64,000 nt of DNA, from the NCBI GenBank assembly GCA_045600965.1, contig JAZRYW010000050.1:8252-72251 (forward strand), given 5' to 3'. The notes beneath the pieces were generated by a model that ran no database searches, had not been told where the DNA came from, and saw only the letters and a program-made list of their open reading frames with translations. Below are positions 36,415 to 45,533 of the stretch, one piece after another. The position numbers were made by a program, and so were the translations under genes. Source of the DNA: Bacteroidales bacterium (GTDB lineage: Bacteria > Bacteroidota > Bacteroidia > Bacteroidales > UBA932). Position 1 is the stretch's first letter; every line of letters starts with the position of its first letter.

Positions 36415-38430
36415 ATGAAATTTTTCGAATGCGTTCTTCTGGCAGGTGCGGGCCTGGTCCTGGCTGCCTGCGCCAATGACAAGGATATGGAAAAGGAATT
36501 CAATTATTCCATCGACGAATTCGCGGACATCGAGGTCCTGCGCTATGAAGTGCCCGGATGGGAAAGTCTCTCACTCCGGCAGAAGGAATACGTGTATTAT
36601 CTCTGCGAGGCCGCAAAAGCCGGCAGGGACATCATCTGGGACCAGAATTTCAAGTATAACCTCCAGATAAGGAAGGTCCTTGAAGCCATCATCAGCGGAT
36701 ATGAAGGTGACCGCGACTGCCCTGAATTCGGACAGTTCCTGATCTATGCCAAGAGGGTGTTCTTCAGCAACGGCATCCATCACCACTATGCCGAGTTCAA
36801 GATAATTCCCGAATGCCCGCAGGACTACTTCCGCAGCCTTATGGACGCTTCCGGCGTCGGTGACCAGGCCGAAAGCCTCCTTCCCGTCCTTTACGATCCC
36901 GACCTCTACGCACAGCACATCTGCCAGGACGCGCGGAAGGACATCGTGACAGAATCGGCAGGCAACTTCTACGATGGTGTCACCCGCAGTGAGGCGGACG
37001 CCTTCTACAGGGCCATGACGGATCCCAATGACCCCGAACCCATATCCTATGGCCTGAACAGCAAGCTCGTCAAGGCCGACGGGAAAGTGTATGAGGACGT
37101 CTACCGCATCGGCGGGCTCTACGGCGAGGCCATCGGGCGCGTTGTGGGCTTCCTGCGTCAGGCGCGCGAAGTTGCGGAGAACGATATGCAGAAGGAATAT
37201 ACCGACCTGCTGATCGAATACTACACCACCGGCGACCTCAAGCTCTGGGATGCGTACAACATCGCATGGGTGAAGGACACCGGCTCCAAGGTCGACTACG
37301 TGAACGGTTTCGTGGAGGATTATGACGACCCTCTGGGCCGCAAGGCATCCTGGGAGGCGATTGTAAACTACCGCGATGACGAGGCTTCGCACCGCACGGA
37401 GGTCATCAGCGCCAACGCGCAGTGGTTCGAGGACAATTCACCCGTGGACGCCCGTTTCAAGAAGAAGGAAGTCAAGGGCGTTTCCGCAAAGGTCATCAAC
37501 GTGGCCTGCATCGCAGGTGACAACTACCCCGCCACAGCAATCGGCATCAACCTGCCCAACGCCAACTGGATAAGGAAGGAGCACGGATCCAAGTCCGTCA
37601 CCATAGCCAACATCACGGAAGCATACGGCAAGGCCGCCAACCAGCGCCCTCACAGCGTGGTGAGCGAATTCGCCTGGGACCGGGAGGAGATTGACCGCGC
37701 GCGCAGGTACGGTTCCGTGACCGACGACCTTCACACCGACCTTCACGAATGCCTCGGACACGGCTCGGGACAGATGCTGGAAGGCGTTTCCGAAACGGCT
37801 CTCGGAGAATACAACTCCACCCTCGAAGAGGCTCGCGCAGACCTTTTCGCCCTCTATTACATCGCTGACGGGAAACTTGTCGAGCTCGGCCTTCTCGACA
37901 GCAGGGACGCTTACAAGGCATCCTATGACTCATACATACGCAACGGCCACTTCACACAGTTCTCACGCATCGAGCCCGGCAATCCCAACACCGAGGCCCA
38001 TATGCAGAACCGCAAGCTCATAGCGGACTGGTGCATCGAGAAGGGCGCCGCCGACAATGTGGTTGAAACCCGCGTCCGCGACGGCAAGACCTATTTCGTC
38101 ATCACGGACTATGAGAAGCTCCGCGGTCTGTTCGGAGAACTCCTCGCAGAAGTGCAGCGCATCAAGTCGGAAGGCGACTATGAGGCCGGCAAGGCTCTTG
38201 TTGAGGGATACGCGGTCGACATCGACCCCGATCTTCACAGGGAAGTGCTCGAAAGATACGCTTCGCTTGACCTCAAGCCCTACAAGGGCTTCGTCAATCC
38301 GGAAATAGTTCCCGTCATCATGGGCGGTGAGGTTACGGACTATGAAATCGTGTATGTCGATGATTTTCTCGACCAGCAGATGAAGTACGGCCGCGACTAC
38401 TCCTTCCTGAAAGCCACCCTCGTGAAATAG
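36415..38430 (+). CDS. Dipeptidyl-peptidase III (M49) family lipoprotein
   Basis: ORF 36415..38430. Lipobox LAACA. HECLGH and EEARAD zinc motifs. Confidence 0.8.
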   Translation: MKFFECVLLAGAGLVLAACANDKDMEKEFNYSIDEFADIEVLRYEVPGWESLSLRQKEYVYYLCEAAKAGRDIIWDQNFKYNLQIRKVLEAIISGYEGDRDCPEFGQFLIYAKRVFFSNGIHHHYAEFKIIPECPQDYFRSLMDASGVGDQAESLLPVLYDPDLYAQHICQDARKDIVTESAGNFYDGVTRSEADAFYRAMTDPNDPEPISYGLNSKLVKADGKVYEDVYRIGGLYGEAIGRVVGFLRQAREVAENDMQKEYTDLLIEYYTTGDLKLWDAYNIAWVKDTGSKVDYVNGFVEDYDDPLGRKASWEAIVNYRDDEASHRTEVISANAQWFEDNSPVDARFKKKEVKGVSAKVINVACIAGDNYPATAIGINLPNANWIRKEHGSKSVTIANITEAYGKAANQRPHSVVSEFAWDREEIDRARRYGSVTDDLHTDLHECLGHGSGQMLEGVSETALGEYNSTLEEARADLFALYYIADGKLVELGLLDSRDAYKASYDSYIRNGHFTQFSRIEPGNPNTEAHMQNRKLIADWCIEKGAADNVVETRVRDGKTYFVITDYEKLRGLFGELLAEVQRIKSEGDYEAGKALVEGYAVDIDPDLHREVLERYASLDLKPYKGFVNPEIVPVIMGGEVTDYEIVYVDDFLDQQMKYGRDYSFLKATLVK

Positions 38431-39596
38431 ACAATCAGCAGGCCAGCCGCAAGCAGGGCGCAGACAAGCGCAATCAGACGGTTGCGGCCAGAGGTCATTT
38501 CCCTGATCCCGGTGAGTTCGATGTCCCCGTCCAGCGTGGAGAGGACCGAACTTGCCGAGATTTCTTTTGATGACCACTTGTAACTTACCACACCGTTGCC
38601 AAGAAGGGTAAGACCTCCGTTGGAGCGGTTGAGCGATATCAGGGTGCGGTAGTCTGAACTGAGCGGCTGGAAACCGTCCGGGAGTTCTTCGGCGGGGGAT
38701 GAACTTACGGTGAACAGTTCGATGCCCCTTGCCCGGAGGGCGTCCCGGACTGCGTTCAGCCGCTCCCATCTGCCGGGAGTCATACTCTGCGCGTCATATA
38801 CGCTTGCCACAAGGGCTACGCTGCGGGACACTATCGTCGAAGTGACATAATCGCCTGCAGCATCGGTCGCGGCGAAAACGGTTGTCGACACTGCATCGGA
38901 AGTCTCCACGGTATGGGTCTCGACAAAGGTCCAGCTGCTGTCGGGCAGCGCGTCGAGGCTGAACTCCTTCCTGACGGAGTCCTTCTCGTAGATGAAGGTG
39001 CTCTCGAAGCTGCGCTCCGCGGGAGCGGATTCCACTATCGCTCCGATGTCTTTGCCGACTGCGAAGGCGGTGAATTCATACAGGGGGTTGAATATCAGGG
39101 CCTGGACACCTACGGATATGCCCAGCAGGGCGAACAGGCCTGTGAGTGACCATTCGACGGATGAAGGTGTTCCGGTGCGCTCATCTTTCCTGTGCGCAAA
39201 GACCGGGCACAGCAGCAGCATCAGGACAAGGTTCTTTGCGAGCGTCTGGGAGTTGGTCAGGTGGACGGCCTCTCCGAAGCAGCCGCAGTCCGATATGGGA
39301 TTGAATATCACCAGAAGTATGGTGATGACTGTGAAGAAGGACGTCAGGATGACTGCCGCCCAGGCTGTTTCCCTGCGCCTGAGGCCGGTGACAAGGGCCA
39401 TACCGAGGGTGAACTCGACGCACGACAGGCCTATGGCGATGGCCTTGCTCAGACCGTCCAGGAAATCGAGATGCATCCAGTTGAGGTATTCGCCCACTAT
39501 GAGGGAGGAGCCGACGGGATCGGCCAGCTTGAGAAGGCCGGAAACGACATACAGCAACCCGGGCAGAAGATGGCAGACGGTTCTGAGGAATTTCAT
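38397..39596 (-). CDS. DoxX/MauE-type membrane protein with C-terminal thioredoxin-like region and terminal TM helix
   Basis: ORF 38397..39710 trimmed to MKFLRTV at 39596. DCGCFGE motif in a 4-helix N-terminal module. ATGA overlap with the tmk stop. Confidence 0.6.
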   Translation of the reverse strand: MKFLRTVCHLLPGLLYVVSGLLKLADPVGSSLIVGEYLNWMHLDFLDGLSKAIAIGLSCVEFTLGMALVTGLRRRETAWAAVILTSFFTVITILLVIFNPISDCGCFGEAVHLTNSQTLAKNLVLMLLLCPVFAHRKDERTGTPSSVEWSLTGLFALLGISVGVQALIFNPLYEFTAFAVGKDIGAIVESAPAERSFESTFIYEKDSVRKEFSLDALPDSSWTFVETHTVETSDAVSTTVFAATDAAGDYVTSTIVSRSVALVASVYDAQSMTPGRWERLNAVRDALRARGIELFTVSSSPAEELPDGFQPLSSDYRTLISLNRSNGGLTLLGNGVVSYKWSSKEISASSVLSTLDGDIELTGIREMTSGRNRLIALVCALLAAGLLIVYFTRVAFRKE

Positions 39597-40273
39597 TTGA
39601 GCAGGCCTTCGGCGGCGGAAACTATCTTTGAGAAAATGGCTTCGGCGGGAAGCATTGAACCGTCCACGGCCGAACAGTCGATGCGGATGAAGCCCGGATC
39701 GAGGCCGCACTGCTCGAGGTAGAGCCTGCGAACGTTCTTCTGGAACCCGAGGTCGGCCTCGTGAATGTCGGGCTTGCCCTGGAGATAGTCGCGGTCCGCT
39801 CCGCAGCGGGCTTCCTTCAGCCTCTGGTCCACGAAGGATATCGGCACGTCGAGGAAGATATTGAGATCTGGCCTGGGGATGCCGTAGACATTGTATTCGA
39901 GATTGAATATCCAGTCCCGAAGGGCGTCGCTGCGCTCACCTTGCGGCATCTTGGCACACTGGAAGGCGATGTTCGAATACACATAGCGGTCCAGTATGAC
40001 ACAGTCGCCTTCATCGAGCCAGGAGCGTATCTGCACAGATGCATCGTGTCTGTCCTCCGCGAAAAGCAGGGCCACAAGCTGGGGATGGACCTGGTCGTTC
40101 GTGCCGAAATCCCCTCTGAGAAAAGCGGCTATCAGTTCTCCATAGACAGGAGCGTCGTAGCGCGGAAAGTGGAGGTAGCGCACTTTGCGTCCGCTGCGCT
40201 CCATCCATTGCCTGAGCATTGTGAGTTGGGTTGATTTGCCTGCGCCGTCAAGGCCTTCGAGTACTGTCAGCAT
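39593..40273 (-). CDS. tmk: dTMP (thymidylate) kinase
   Basis: ORF 39593..40372 trimmed to MLTVLEGLDGAGKSTQ at 40273 (P-loop). A TATCTTTG box lies upstream. Confidence 0.8.
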   Translation of the reverse strand: MLTVLEGLDGAGKSTQLTMLRQWMERSGRKVRYLHFPRYDAPVYGELIAAFLRGDFGTNDQVHPQLVALLFAEDRHDASVQIRSWLDEGDCVILDRYVYSNIAFQCAKMPQGERSDALRDWIFNLEYNVYGIPRPDLNIFLDVPISFVDQRLKEARCGADRDYLQGKPDIHEADLGFQKNVRRLYLEQCGLDPGFIRIDCSAVDGSMLPAEAIFSKIVSAAEGLLK

Positions 40274-40297
40274 ACCTTGTTTCCATTGTATCCGTGA

Positions 40298-40305
40298 CAA
40301 AGATA
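40298..40305 (-). promoter_or_regulatory. -7 box TATCTTTG for tmk
   Basis: Exact TAnnTTTG on the minus strand, 24 nt upstream of ATG 40273. Confidence 0.5.
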
Positions 40306-40330
40306 GTGAGAAAGTGTCACTGATAATAAT

Positions 40331-40338
40331 TATCTTTG
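40331..40338 (+). promoter_or_regulatory. -7 box TATCTTTG for purB
   Basis: Exact TAnnTTTG, 18 nt upstream of ATG 40357. Confidence 0.5.
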
Positions 40339-40356
40339 CCATATAAATGCTGAAAA

Positions 40357-41688
40357 ATGTCTCTAAAGTCAATATCCCCGGTTGACGGACGCTACTGCGG
40401 CGTCACGGCCCCCCTTCAGGAATACTTCTCCGAATTCGCTTTCATACGCTCCCGCGTCAGGGTAGAAGTGGAATATTTCATCGCCCTGAGCGAAATTCCC
40501 CTTAAACAGCTGGAAGGCGTAAGCGGCCCGCAGAAGGAGAGCCTCCGCTCGCTGTACCTCAACTTCAGCGAAACGGATGCACAACGCGTCAAGGACATCG
40601 AGAAGGCGATCTCCCACGATATGAAGGCGGTGGAATACTTCGTCAAGGAGCATATGGACGCGCTGGGGATGGGACAGTGGCGTGAGTTCATCCACTTTGG
40701 CCTGACATCTCAGGACATAAACAACACCGCACAGCCCCTTATGACCCTGGAAGCCCTGCGGGAAGTTATGCTCCCCTCACTTGACGCCGTCTCGGACAGG
40801 CTCCGCGATATGGCCGGGAAGTGGAAGGACGTGCCTATGCTGGCCCGCACCCACGGACAGGCGGCCACCCCCACCCGTGTCGGCAAGGAACTGGCAGTAT
40901 TCGTCGAACGCCTTTCGGTGCAGGAGGGACAGTTGCTGGAGATACCTCTCTGCGCCAAGTTCGGCGGGGCCACCGGCAATTTCAACGCCCATCACGCCGC
41001 ATATCCCGACATCGACTGGAACTCCTTCGCGGACAGATTCATCGGCTCGCTGGGGCTGATACGATCCTGCCCCACCACACAGATTGAGCATTACGACAAC
41101 CTGGCCGCACTGTTCAACTGTCTGAGCCGCATCAACACCATACTGCTCGACCTGAGCAGGGATATGTGGATGTATATCTCGATGGGATATTTCTCCCAGA
41201 AGATTGTCCGGGGCGAGGTGGGCTCGTCCGCGATGCCCCACAAGGTCAACCCAATAGACTTCGAGAATGCGGAAGGCAATCTGGGCGTGGCTGACGCCCT
41301 GTTCGGCCATATGGCCGCCAAACTGCCCGTGTCAAGGCTCCAGAGGGATCTTTCTGACAGCACCGTCCTTCGCAATACCGGCGTTCCGATGGCCCACACT
41401 CTGATCGCCTTGAAATCCCTCTGCAAAGGTCTTGACAGGGTGACTCTCAACACAGACCGCATCAACGAGGACCTCGACGGGGCCTGGGCCGTGGTGGCGG
41501 AAGGCATCCAGACCATACTTCGCAGGGAAGGCTATCCCGAACCCTACGAAGCCCTGAAAGCTCTCACCCGCACCGGCAGGGGCATTTCAAGGGAGGTCAT
41601 CGCCGAATTCATAGATTCCCTTGCCGTGACGGAGCAGGTCCGCGCCGAACTGCACGCCCTCACGCCACGGACCTATACCGGCATCTGA
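40357..41688 (+). CDS. purB: Adenylosuccinate lyase
   Basis: ORF 40357..41688, 443 aa. SPVDGRY N-terminus and SSAMPHKVNP signature. Confidence 0.9.
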   Translation: MSLKSISPVDGRYCGVTAPLQEYFSEFAFIRSRVRVEVEYFIALSEIPLKQLEGVSGPQKESLRSLYLNFSETDAQRVKDIEKAISHDMKAVEYFVKEHMDALGMGQWREFIHFGLTSQDINNTAQPLMTLEALREVMLPSLDAVSDRLRDMAGKWKDVPMLARTHGQAATPTRVGKELAVFVERLSVQEGQLLEIPLCAKFGGATGNFNAHHAAYPDIDWNSFADRFIGSLGLIRSCPTTQIEHYDNLAALFNCLSRINTILLDLSRDMWMYISMGYFSQKIVRGEVGSSAMPHKVNPIDFENAEGNLGVADALFGHMAAKLPVSRLQRDLSDSTVLRNTGVPMAHTLIALKSLCKGLDRVTLNTDRINEDLDGAWAVVAEGIQTILRREGYPEPYEALKALTRTGRGISREVIAEFIDSLAVTEQVRAELHALTPRTYTGI

Positions 41689-41776
41689 AAAGGCTGATTG
41701 AAAGCAATTTTGCACATTCAATAATTATTGCTATCTTCGCGCCGCTAAAAAGCCGCGTGCTTTTTGGTGCAATGGG

Positions 41777-41794
41777 ATCCGGGGTATCCCGGAT
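41777..41794 (+). promoter_or_regulatory. Stable hairpin in the rplY 5' leader
   Basis: ATCCGGG-GTAT-CCCGGAT is a perfect 7-bp stem. It lies downstream of a near-consensus -7 box TATCTTCG (41732-41739) and 30 nt upstream of the rplY ATG. Confidence 0.3.
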
Positions 41795-41823
41795 TGAGTA
41801 ACACATTTTTAAAACAAACACAA

Positions 41824-42402
41824 ATGAAACACGTATCTCTCAAAGGTATCGCAAGGACAACCGGCAAGAAGGCCGATGTCAAGAGCGTACGCAGACAGGG
41901 CCTTGTTCCCTGCAACATCTACGGCCAGGGCATTGAAAACATTTCCTTCTCAGTTGATGCAAAGGAACTCGCACTGATTACCAACACTCCCTATTCCCAC
42001 ATCATCGACCTCGAAATCGAAGGCCAGAAGCATTTCGCGATCCTCCACGAACTCCAGTGGCACCCCATCACAGATGCTGCAATGCACGTTGATTTCCTGA
42101 AGGTTGCCCAGGACAAGCCCATCGCAATCGACGTTCCCGTATCCGTTACCGGCCACGCCGAAGGTGTCAAGCTCGGTGGCAAGCTCTCCGTTTCAGTTCG
42201 CAAGCTCCGCGTCAGCGGTCTTATGGACAATCTTCCCGACAAGATCGACATCGACGTCACCAGCCTCTCTCTCGGCAAGCAGATTTCTGCAGGCGACCTC
42301 CACTTCGACGGCTATCAGATCATATCTCCCAAGAGCACTCTGGTATGCTCTGTCAAGGCTACCCGCGCTTCTGCAGCAGCCGCTGAAGAGACCGAAGAAT
42401 AA
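41824..42402 (+). CDS. rplY: 50S ribosomal protein L25/general stress protein Ctc
   Basis: ORF 41764..42402 trimmed to MKHVSLKG at 41824. RRQGLVPCNIYG motif. Confidence 0.85.
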   Translation: MKHVSLKGIARTTGKKADVKSVRRQGLVPCNIYGQGIENISFSVDAKELALITNTPYSHIIDLEIEGQKHFAILHELQWHPITDAAMHVDFLKVAQDKPIAIDVPVSVTGHAEGVKLGGKLSVSVRKLRVSGLMDNLPDKIDIDVTSLSLGKQISAGDLHFDGYQIISPKSTLVCSVKATRASAAAAEETEE

Positions 42403-42420
42403 TTTCACATTTCTGCGGGT

Positions 42421-43023
42421 ATGAACTATCTTGTCGTAGGCATCGGCAACATCGGTGCAGAATACGAAGGTACCCGTCACAATGTAGGATTTTCAGTGTT
42501 GGATGCCTGGGCTCAGGCATCCAACATTTCTTTTTCCACACGGCGTTACGGGTCAGTGGCTGAAATCAGCTTCAAGGGGCATAAGTTCACGCTCCTCAAG
42601 CCGTCGACATACGTCAACCTGAGCGGCACCGCAGTGCGTTTCTGGATGCAGAAATGCAAAATTCCCGTGGAAAATCTGATAGTGGTGGTGGATGACCTCG
42701 CCCTTCCGTTCGGCACATTGCGCCTTCGCAAGCAGGGGAGCGCCGGAGGGCATCACGGTCTTGAGAGCATCGACGACTACATCGACACGAACGCCTATGC
42801 AAGACTCCGGCTGGGCATAGGCAACGGCTTCCCGCGAGGCGGGCAGGTAGATTATGTGCTCGGGCACTGGACCGAGGACGAAAAGCGGGATCTCCCCGAA
42901 ATACTCGACAAGGCGGTCGAGGCCGTCAAGGCCTTCGGTACGGAGGGCATAGAACGCGCGATGAACCGCTTCAACATCAATCTGAAAAAGCCGGCGCCAT
43001 CAAAGCCGGAAGAGAATCAATAA
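42421..43023 (+). CDS. pth: Peptidyl-tRNA hydrolase
   Basis: ORF 42421..43023. GIGNIGAEYEGTRHNVGF motif. Confidence 0.9.
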   Translation: MNYLVVGIGNIGAEYEGTRHNVGFSVLDAWAQASNISFSTRRYGSVAEISFKGHKFTLLKPSTYVNLSGTAVRFWMQKCKIPVENLIVVVDDLALPFGTLRLRKQGSAGGHHGLESIDDYIDTNAYARLRLGIGNGFPRGGQVDYVLGHWTEDEKRDLPEILDKAVEAVKAFGTEGIERAMNRFNINLKKPAPSKPEENQ

Positions 43024-43400
43024 TCGAACTCGTCCCAGAGTTTCTCCATATCACGGCGTTCCTTCTTGGTGGGACGGCCTGTGCCCTTCTCTCTCTGAAG
43101 GAAGAATGTCTCGACCGGCGCCTTCAACTTGTCCAGTTCCTCCTGTGGGGTGATGTTCTCCGCATACCGGGGGACGAGGGCGGCGCCCTGGCGCTTGTCA
43201 ACGGGCTCTATCACGCGGTAAGTATAAAGGACGGCCGCCTTGCGTACGGTGACAATATCACCCGCCTTGACGTCCCTGGAAGGCTTTGCATCCACTCCAT
43301 TCACCTTGACGCGGCCTCCACGGCAGGCTTCCACCGCATCGGTCCTGGTCTTGAAGGCCCTTATGGACCAGAGGTATTTATCTATTCTGACTTCTTCCAT
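43017..43400 (-). CDS. hslR: Hsp15-like S4-domain RNA-binding protein
   Basis: ORF 43017..43430 trimmed to MEEVRIDKYLWSIRAFKTR at 43400. Confidence 0.8.
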   Translation of the reverse strand: MEEVRIDKYLWSIRAFKTRTDAVEACRGGRVKVNGVDAKPSRDVKAGDIVTVRKAAVLYTYRVIEPVDKRQGAALVPRYAENITPQEELDKLKAPVETFFLQREKGTGRPTKKERRDMEKLWDEFDY

Positions 43401-43404
43401 AATA

Positions 43405-43438
43405 CAAAAAATGAGTGGCTCACAAACCACTCATTTTC
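43405..43438 (-). terminator. Intrinsic terminator downstream of the Hc1-like gene
   Basis: Minus strand reads AAAATGAGTGG-tttgtgag-CCACTCATTTTTTG. The ATGAGTGG/CCACTCAT stem is 8 bp (extendable to 11) and is followed by a T run. It ends 5 nt before the hslR ATG. Confidence 0.55.
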
Positions 43439-43456
43439 AATTTTCCAAAGGAACAG

Positions 43457-43630
43457 TTACTTTGCTGCCTCTACGGAAGCTTTTCTGAATTCCTTCAAAA
43501 GCTTGCAGAGTTCAAGAGCAGCCTTGCGTGCGCGGGTACCTGCAGCCTTGTTGCCTTTTACAACCTGAGCATCAGCGTTCTTTACAAAAACGTCGATTTC
43601 AGCCTTGATCTGGTTAACTAAGTTTTCCAT
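43457..43630 (-). CDS. Histone H1/Hc1-like small DNA-binding protein (57 aa)
   Basis: Own translation of the minus strand: MENLVNQIKAEIDVFVKNADAQVVKGNKAAGTRARKAALELCKLLKEFRKASVEAAK. The KGNKAAGTRARKA..LE..KLLKEFRK core is recalled from Bacteroidota 'histone H1' proteins. Below the ORF-track length cutoff. Followed by a terminator hairpin. Confidence 0.7.
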   Translation of the reverse strand: MENLVNQIKAEIDVFVKNADAQVVKGNKAAGTRARKAALELCKLLKEFRKASVEAAK

Positions 43631-43732
43631 ACTGACTTATAATTAATTGAATAGATTTTTATAATCGGATATAAAGGTAAATTGCTTTTTCCTAATAAAC
43701 AAGAGTTTTCTCATAAAAAAGCACATAATCAA

Positions 43733-45133
43733 TCATTTACGGACAAATAGCCGTCCATAGGAGGGATTTCTGTCATCTTCGGCCAGTTTCAAAGGCATTT
43801 TCACATCCCCTTGCGAGGATCTCACCGGGCGGGCCACCTTCGGGAGCGGAGGGAACTTCCCGGTGGCGATGTATGTCAGGCAGGCCCTTATGTTGTCCTC
43901 CTCCACGCCGAAATCGTGGTAGAGGTCGTCCGGCCTGTAATGGTCGGGTATCATACCCTTGTCAGGTATCATCCTGCCGTGGCCGTTGGAATTGAAGAAA
44001 CAGATGGGGAGGAAACAGTATTCAAGAGTGGAATAGTCACCGGCGTCATACTTTTTCCTGTCGGAATCATCGTTGGGATACAGCATCACATACATACCGT
44101 TGGGCTTGCCGTATGTGGTGTCCCCGACGTGCACTATGTTCATAAGGGGCTGAAGGCCGTTGAGCACCATCTCGCTTGCGGATGCCGTCCCGTGACCGGT
44201 TATGACCATAAGCAGGTCGAGGTCGAGGGAAAGTTCGTTGCGGCTCAGGGTGGCCTCTGCGTCCCAGCCGTTCTTTTTCAGCAGAGCGTTGTGTGTACGC
44301 CTTGTCAGCACCTCCCCGTCAGCCGAGGCGGGAGCGAGGCATCCTGCAAGGAGGTTGGCCGCCACCACGTCGCCGCCGCCGTTGTACCTCAGGTCAAGTA
44401 TGAGCCTGCGCACTCCGGCGTCCTTGAAGACAGCCATCGCATTCTCAATCACATCCAGCCTGGCGGCTATGAAGGTGTAGTAGTTGAAATATCCGACAGG
44501 CTCTCCGAGCCCGGGGAAGTCCTCTTCAGTGAAAACCCGTGTCAGCAGGGCCGAGCCCTGGTCAACCCGGGATGCAACCAGTTCAAGGTCGACGGCGGAA
44601 CCTTCACCGTCGATGAAGGTGAAAGACTGCACGGGGCGCGACAGCTCGTCGTTGACGGCGTCTTCCACAATGAGGTCGGCAATTGGAACTCCTCCTATAT
44701 GAGTAATCCTCCATCCCCTTCTGACACCGGCTTTCCAGGCCGGGCCGTCCTTGAAGACACAGGAGACATAGACACCGTAGTCTCCATAGTATTCGATGGG
44801 CTGCGAGAGCGACATCCCGAGCGAGGATTCTGTCACTCCGGTGGTCATATCTATATAGTAATCCCTGTCAGTCATCCAGCTCCATCTGTCTTCCGGCACC
44901 AGCAGGGCATCGAAATAACCGTAAATGTCGCGGTTGCCTATATCAAGGTCGGAGGGCACCCTGTCATTCCAGTAGTAATACATTTTCATTATCCTGTCGC
45001 GAAGGTAGACAGCGGCGCGTCTCAGGCTGTCTTCCTCCGCCGGATCGGGATTGTTGCAGGCAGAGGGAATCAGCGACAGGAAAACTGCCGGAAGGAGAAG
45101 CGGCAGACGATGGACAAGGGTTCGGAGGTTCAT
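43733..45133 (-). CDS. S41 family (tail-specific/C-terminal processing-like) peptidase lipoprotein
   Basis: ORF 43733..45133. Lipobox IPSAC. PDZ-like segment. LDLRYNGGGD and GHGTASASE catalytic-Ser region. Confidence 0.8.
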   Translation of the reverse strand: MNLRTLVHRLPLLLPAVFLSLIPSACNNPDPAEEDSLRRAAVYLRDRIMKMYYYWNDRVPSDLDIGNRDIYGYFDALLVPEDRWSWMTDRDYYIDMTTGVTESSLGMSLSQPIEYYGDYGVYVSCVFKDGPAWKAGVRRGWRITHIGGVPIADLIVEDAVNDELSRPVQSFTFIDGEGSAVDLELVASRVDQGSALLTRVFTEEDFPGLGEPVGYFNYYTFIAARLDVIENAMAVFKDAGVRRLILDLRYNGGGDVVAANLLAGCLAPASADGEVLTRRTHNALLKKNGWDAEATLSRNELSLDLDLLMVITGHGTASASEMVLNGLQPLMNIVHVGDTTYGKPNGMYVMLYPNDDSDRKKYDAGDYSTLEYCFLPICFFNSNGHGRMIPDKGMIPDHYRPDDLYHDFGVEEDNIRACLTYIATGKFPPLPKVARPVRSSQGDVKMPLKLAEDDRNPSYGRLFVRK

Positions 45134-45486
45134 CAGTCTTTACTAACTACATAGACGTCTTCGCCGTCCTCGTGGAAAAGATACTGCTCCCTGGCAAAGG
45201 TCTCGAGGGTATCCTTGTCAGACTTGAGCTCCTCGATGCGTCTCTGTGATGAGATTATCTGCTCCTGGTAGAGCATTTTCTCGCGCTGAAGGCCGGATAT
45301 GTCACGCAGGGCCCGGCGATAGGTGAAGATGTCGTTCTTCGTGATGAAGAGGACATAGACGGCAATGAAAACGGTGAAGATGAAGTATTTGTTAAGCACT
45401 ATGCGGCCCGGACGGCTGCCCCTGGCCCGCCGCCACCATATCACCACGCCGTTGCGTATCCTGCCGAAGAAACCTATCTCTGACAT
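45133..45486 (-). CDS. FtsB/DivIC-like septum formation initiator
   Basis: ORF 45133..45486. One TM helix followed by a coiled coil (LQREKMLYQEQIISSQRRIEELKSDKDTLE). Stop overlaps the S41 start by 1 nt. Confidence 0.6.
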   Translation of the reverse strand: MSEIGFFGRIRNGVVIWWRRARGSRPGRIVLNKYFIFTVFIAVYVLFITKNDIFTYRRALRDISGLQREKMLYQEQIISSQRRIEELKSDKDTLETFAREQYLFHEDGEDVYVVSKD

Positions 45487-45521
45487 AGTCCTTGTTTTTC
45501 ACAAAAGTAGTCAAAATTTTC

Positions 45522-45529
45522 TAATTTTG
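45522..45529 (+). promoter_or_regulatory. -7 box TAATTTTG for the CPBP protease gene
   Basis: Exact TAnnTTTG, 4 nt upstream of GTG 45534. Confidence 0.45.
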
Positions 45530-45533
45530 CATC

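Noticed and set aside
43811-45154. 447-aa plus-strand ORF covering almost the whole S41 peptidase gene on the opposite strand
   Set aside because: It is codon-aligned antisense to a gene with clear S41 motifs. In that frame, stop codons would require the sense codons TTA, CTA or TCA, which this GC3-rich genome avoids. The translation is Gly/Val/His/Arg-rich with no recognisable motif, start context or promoter.
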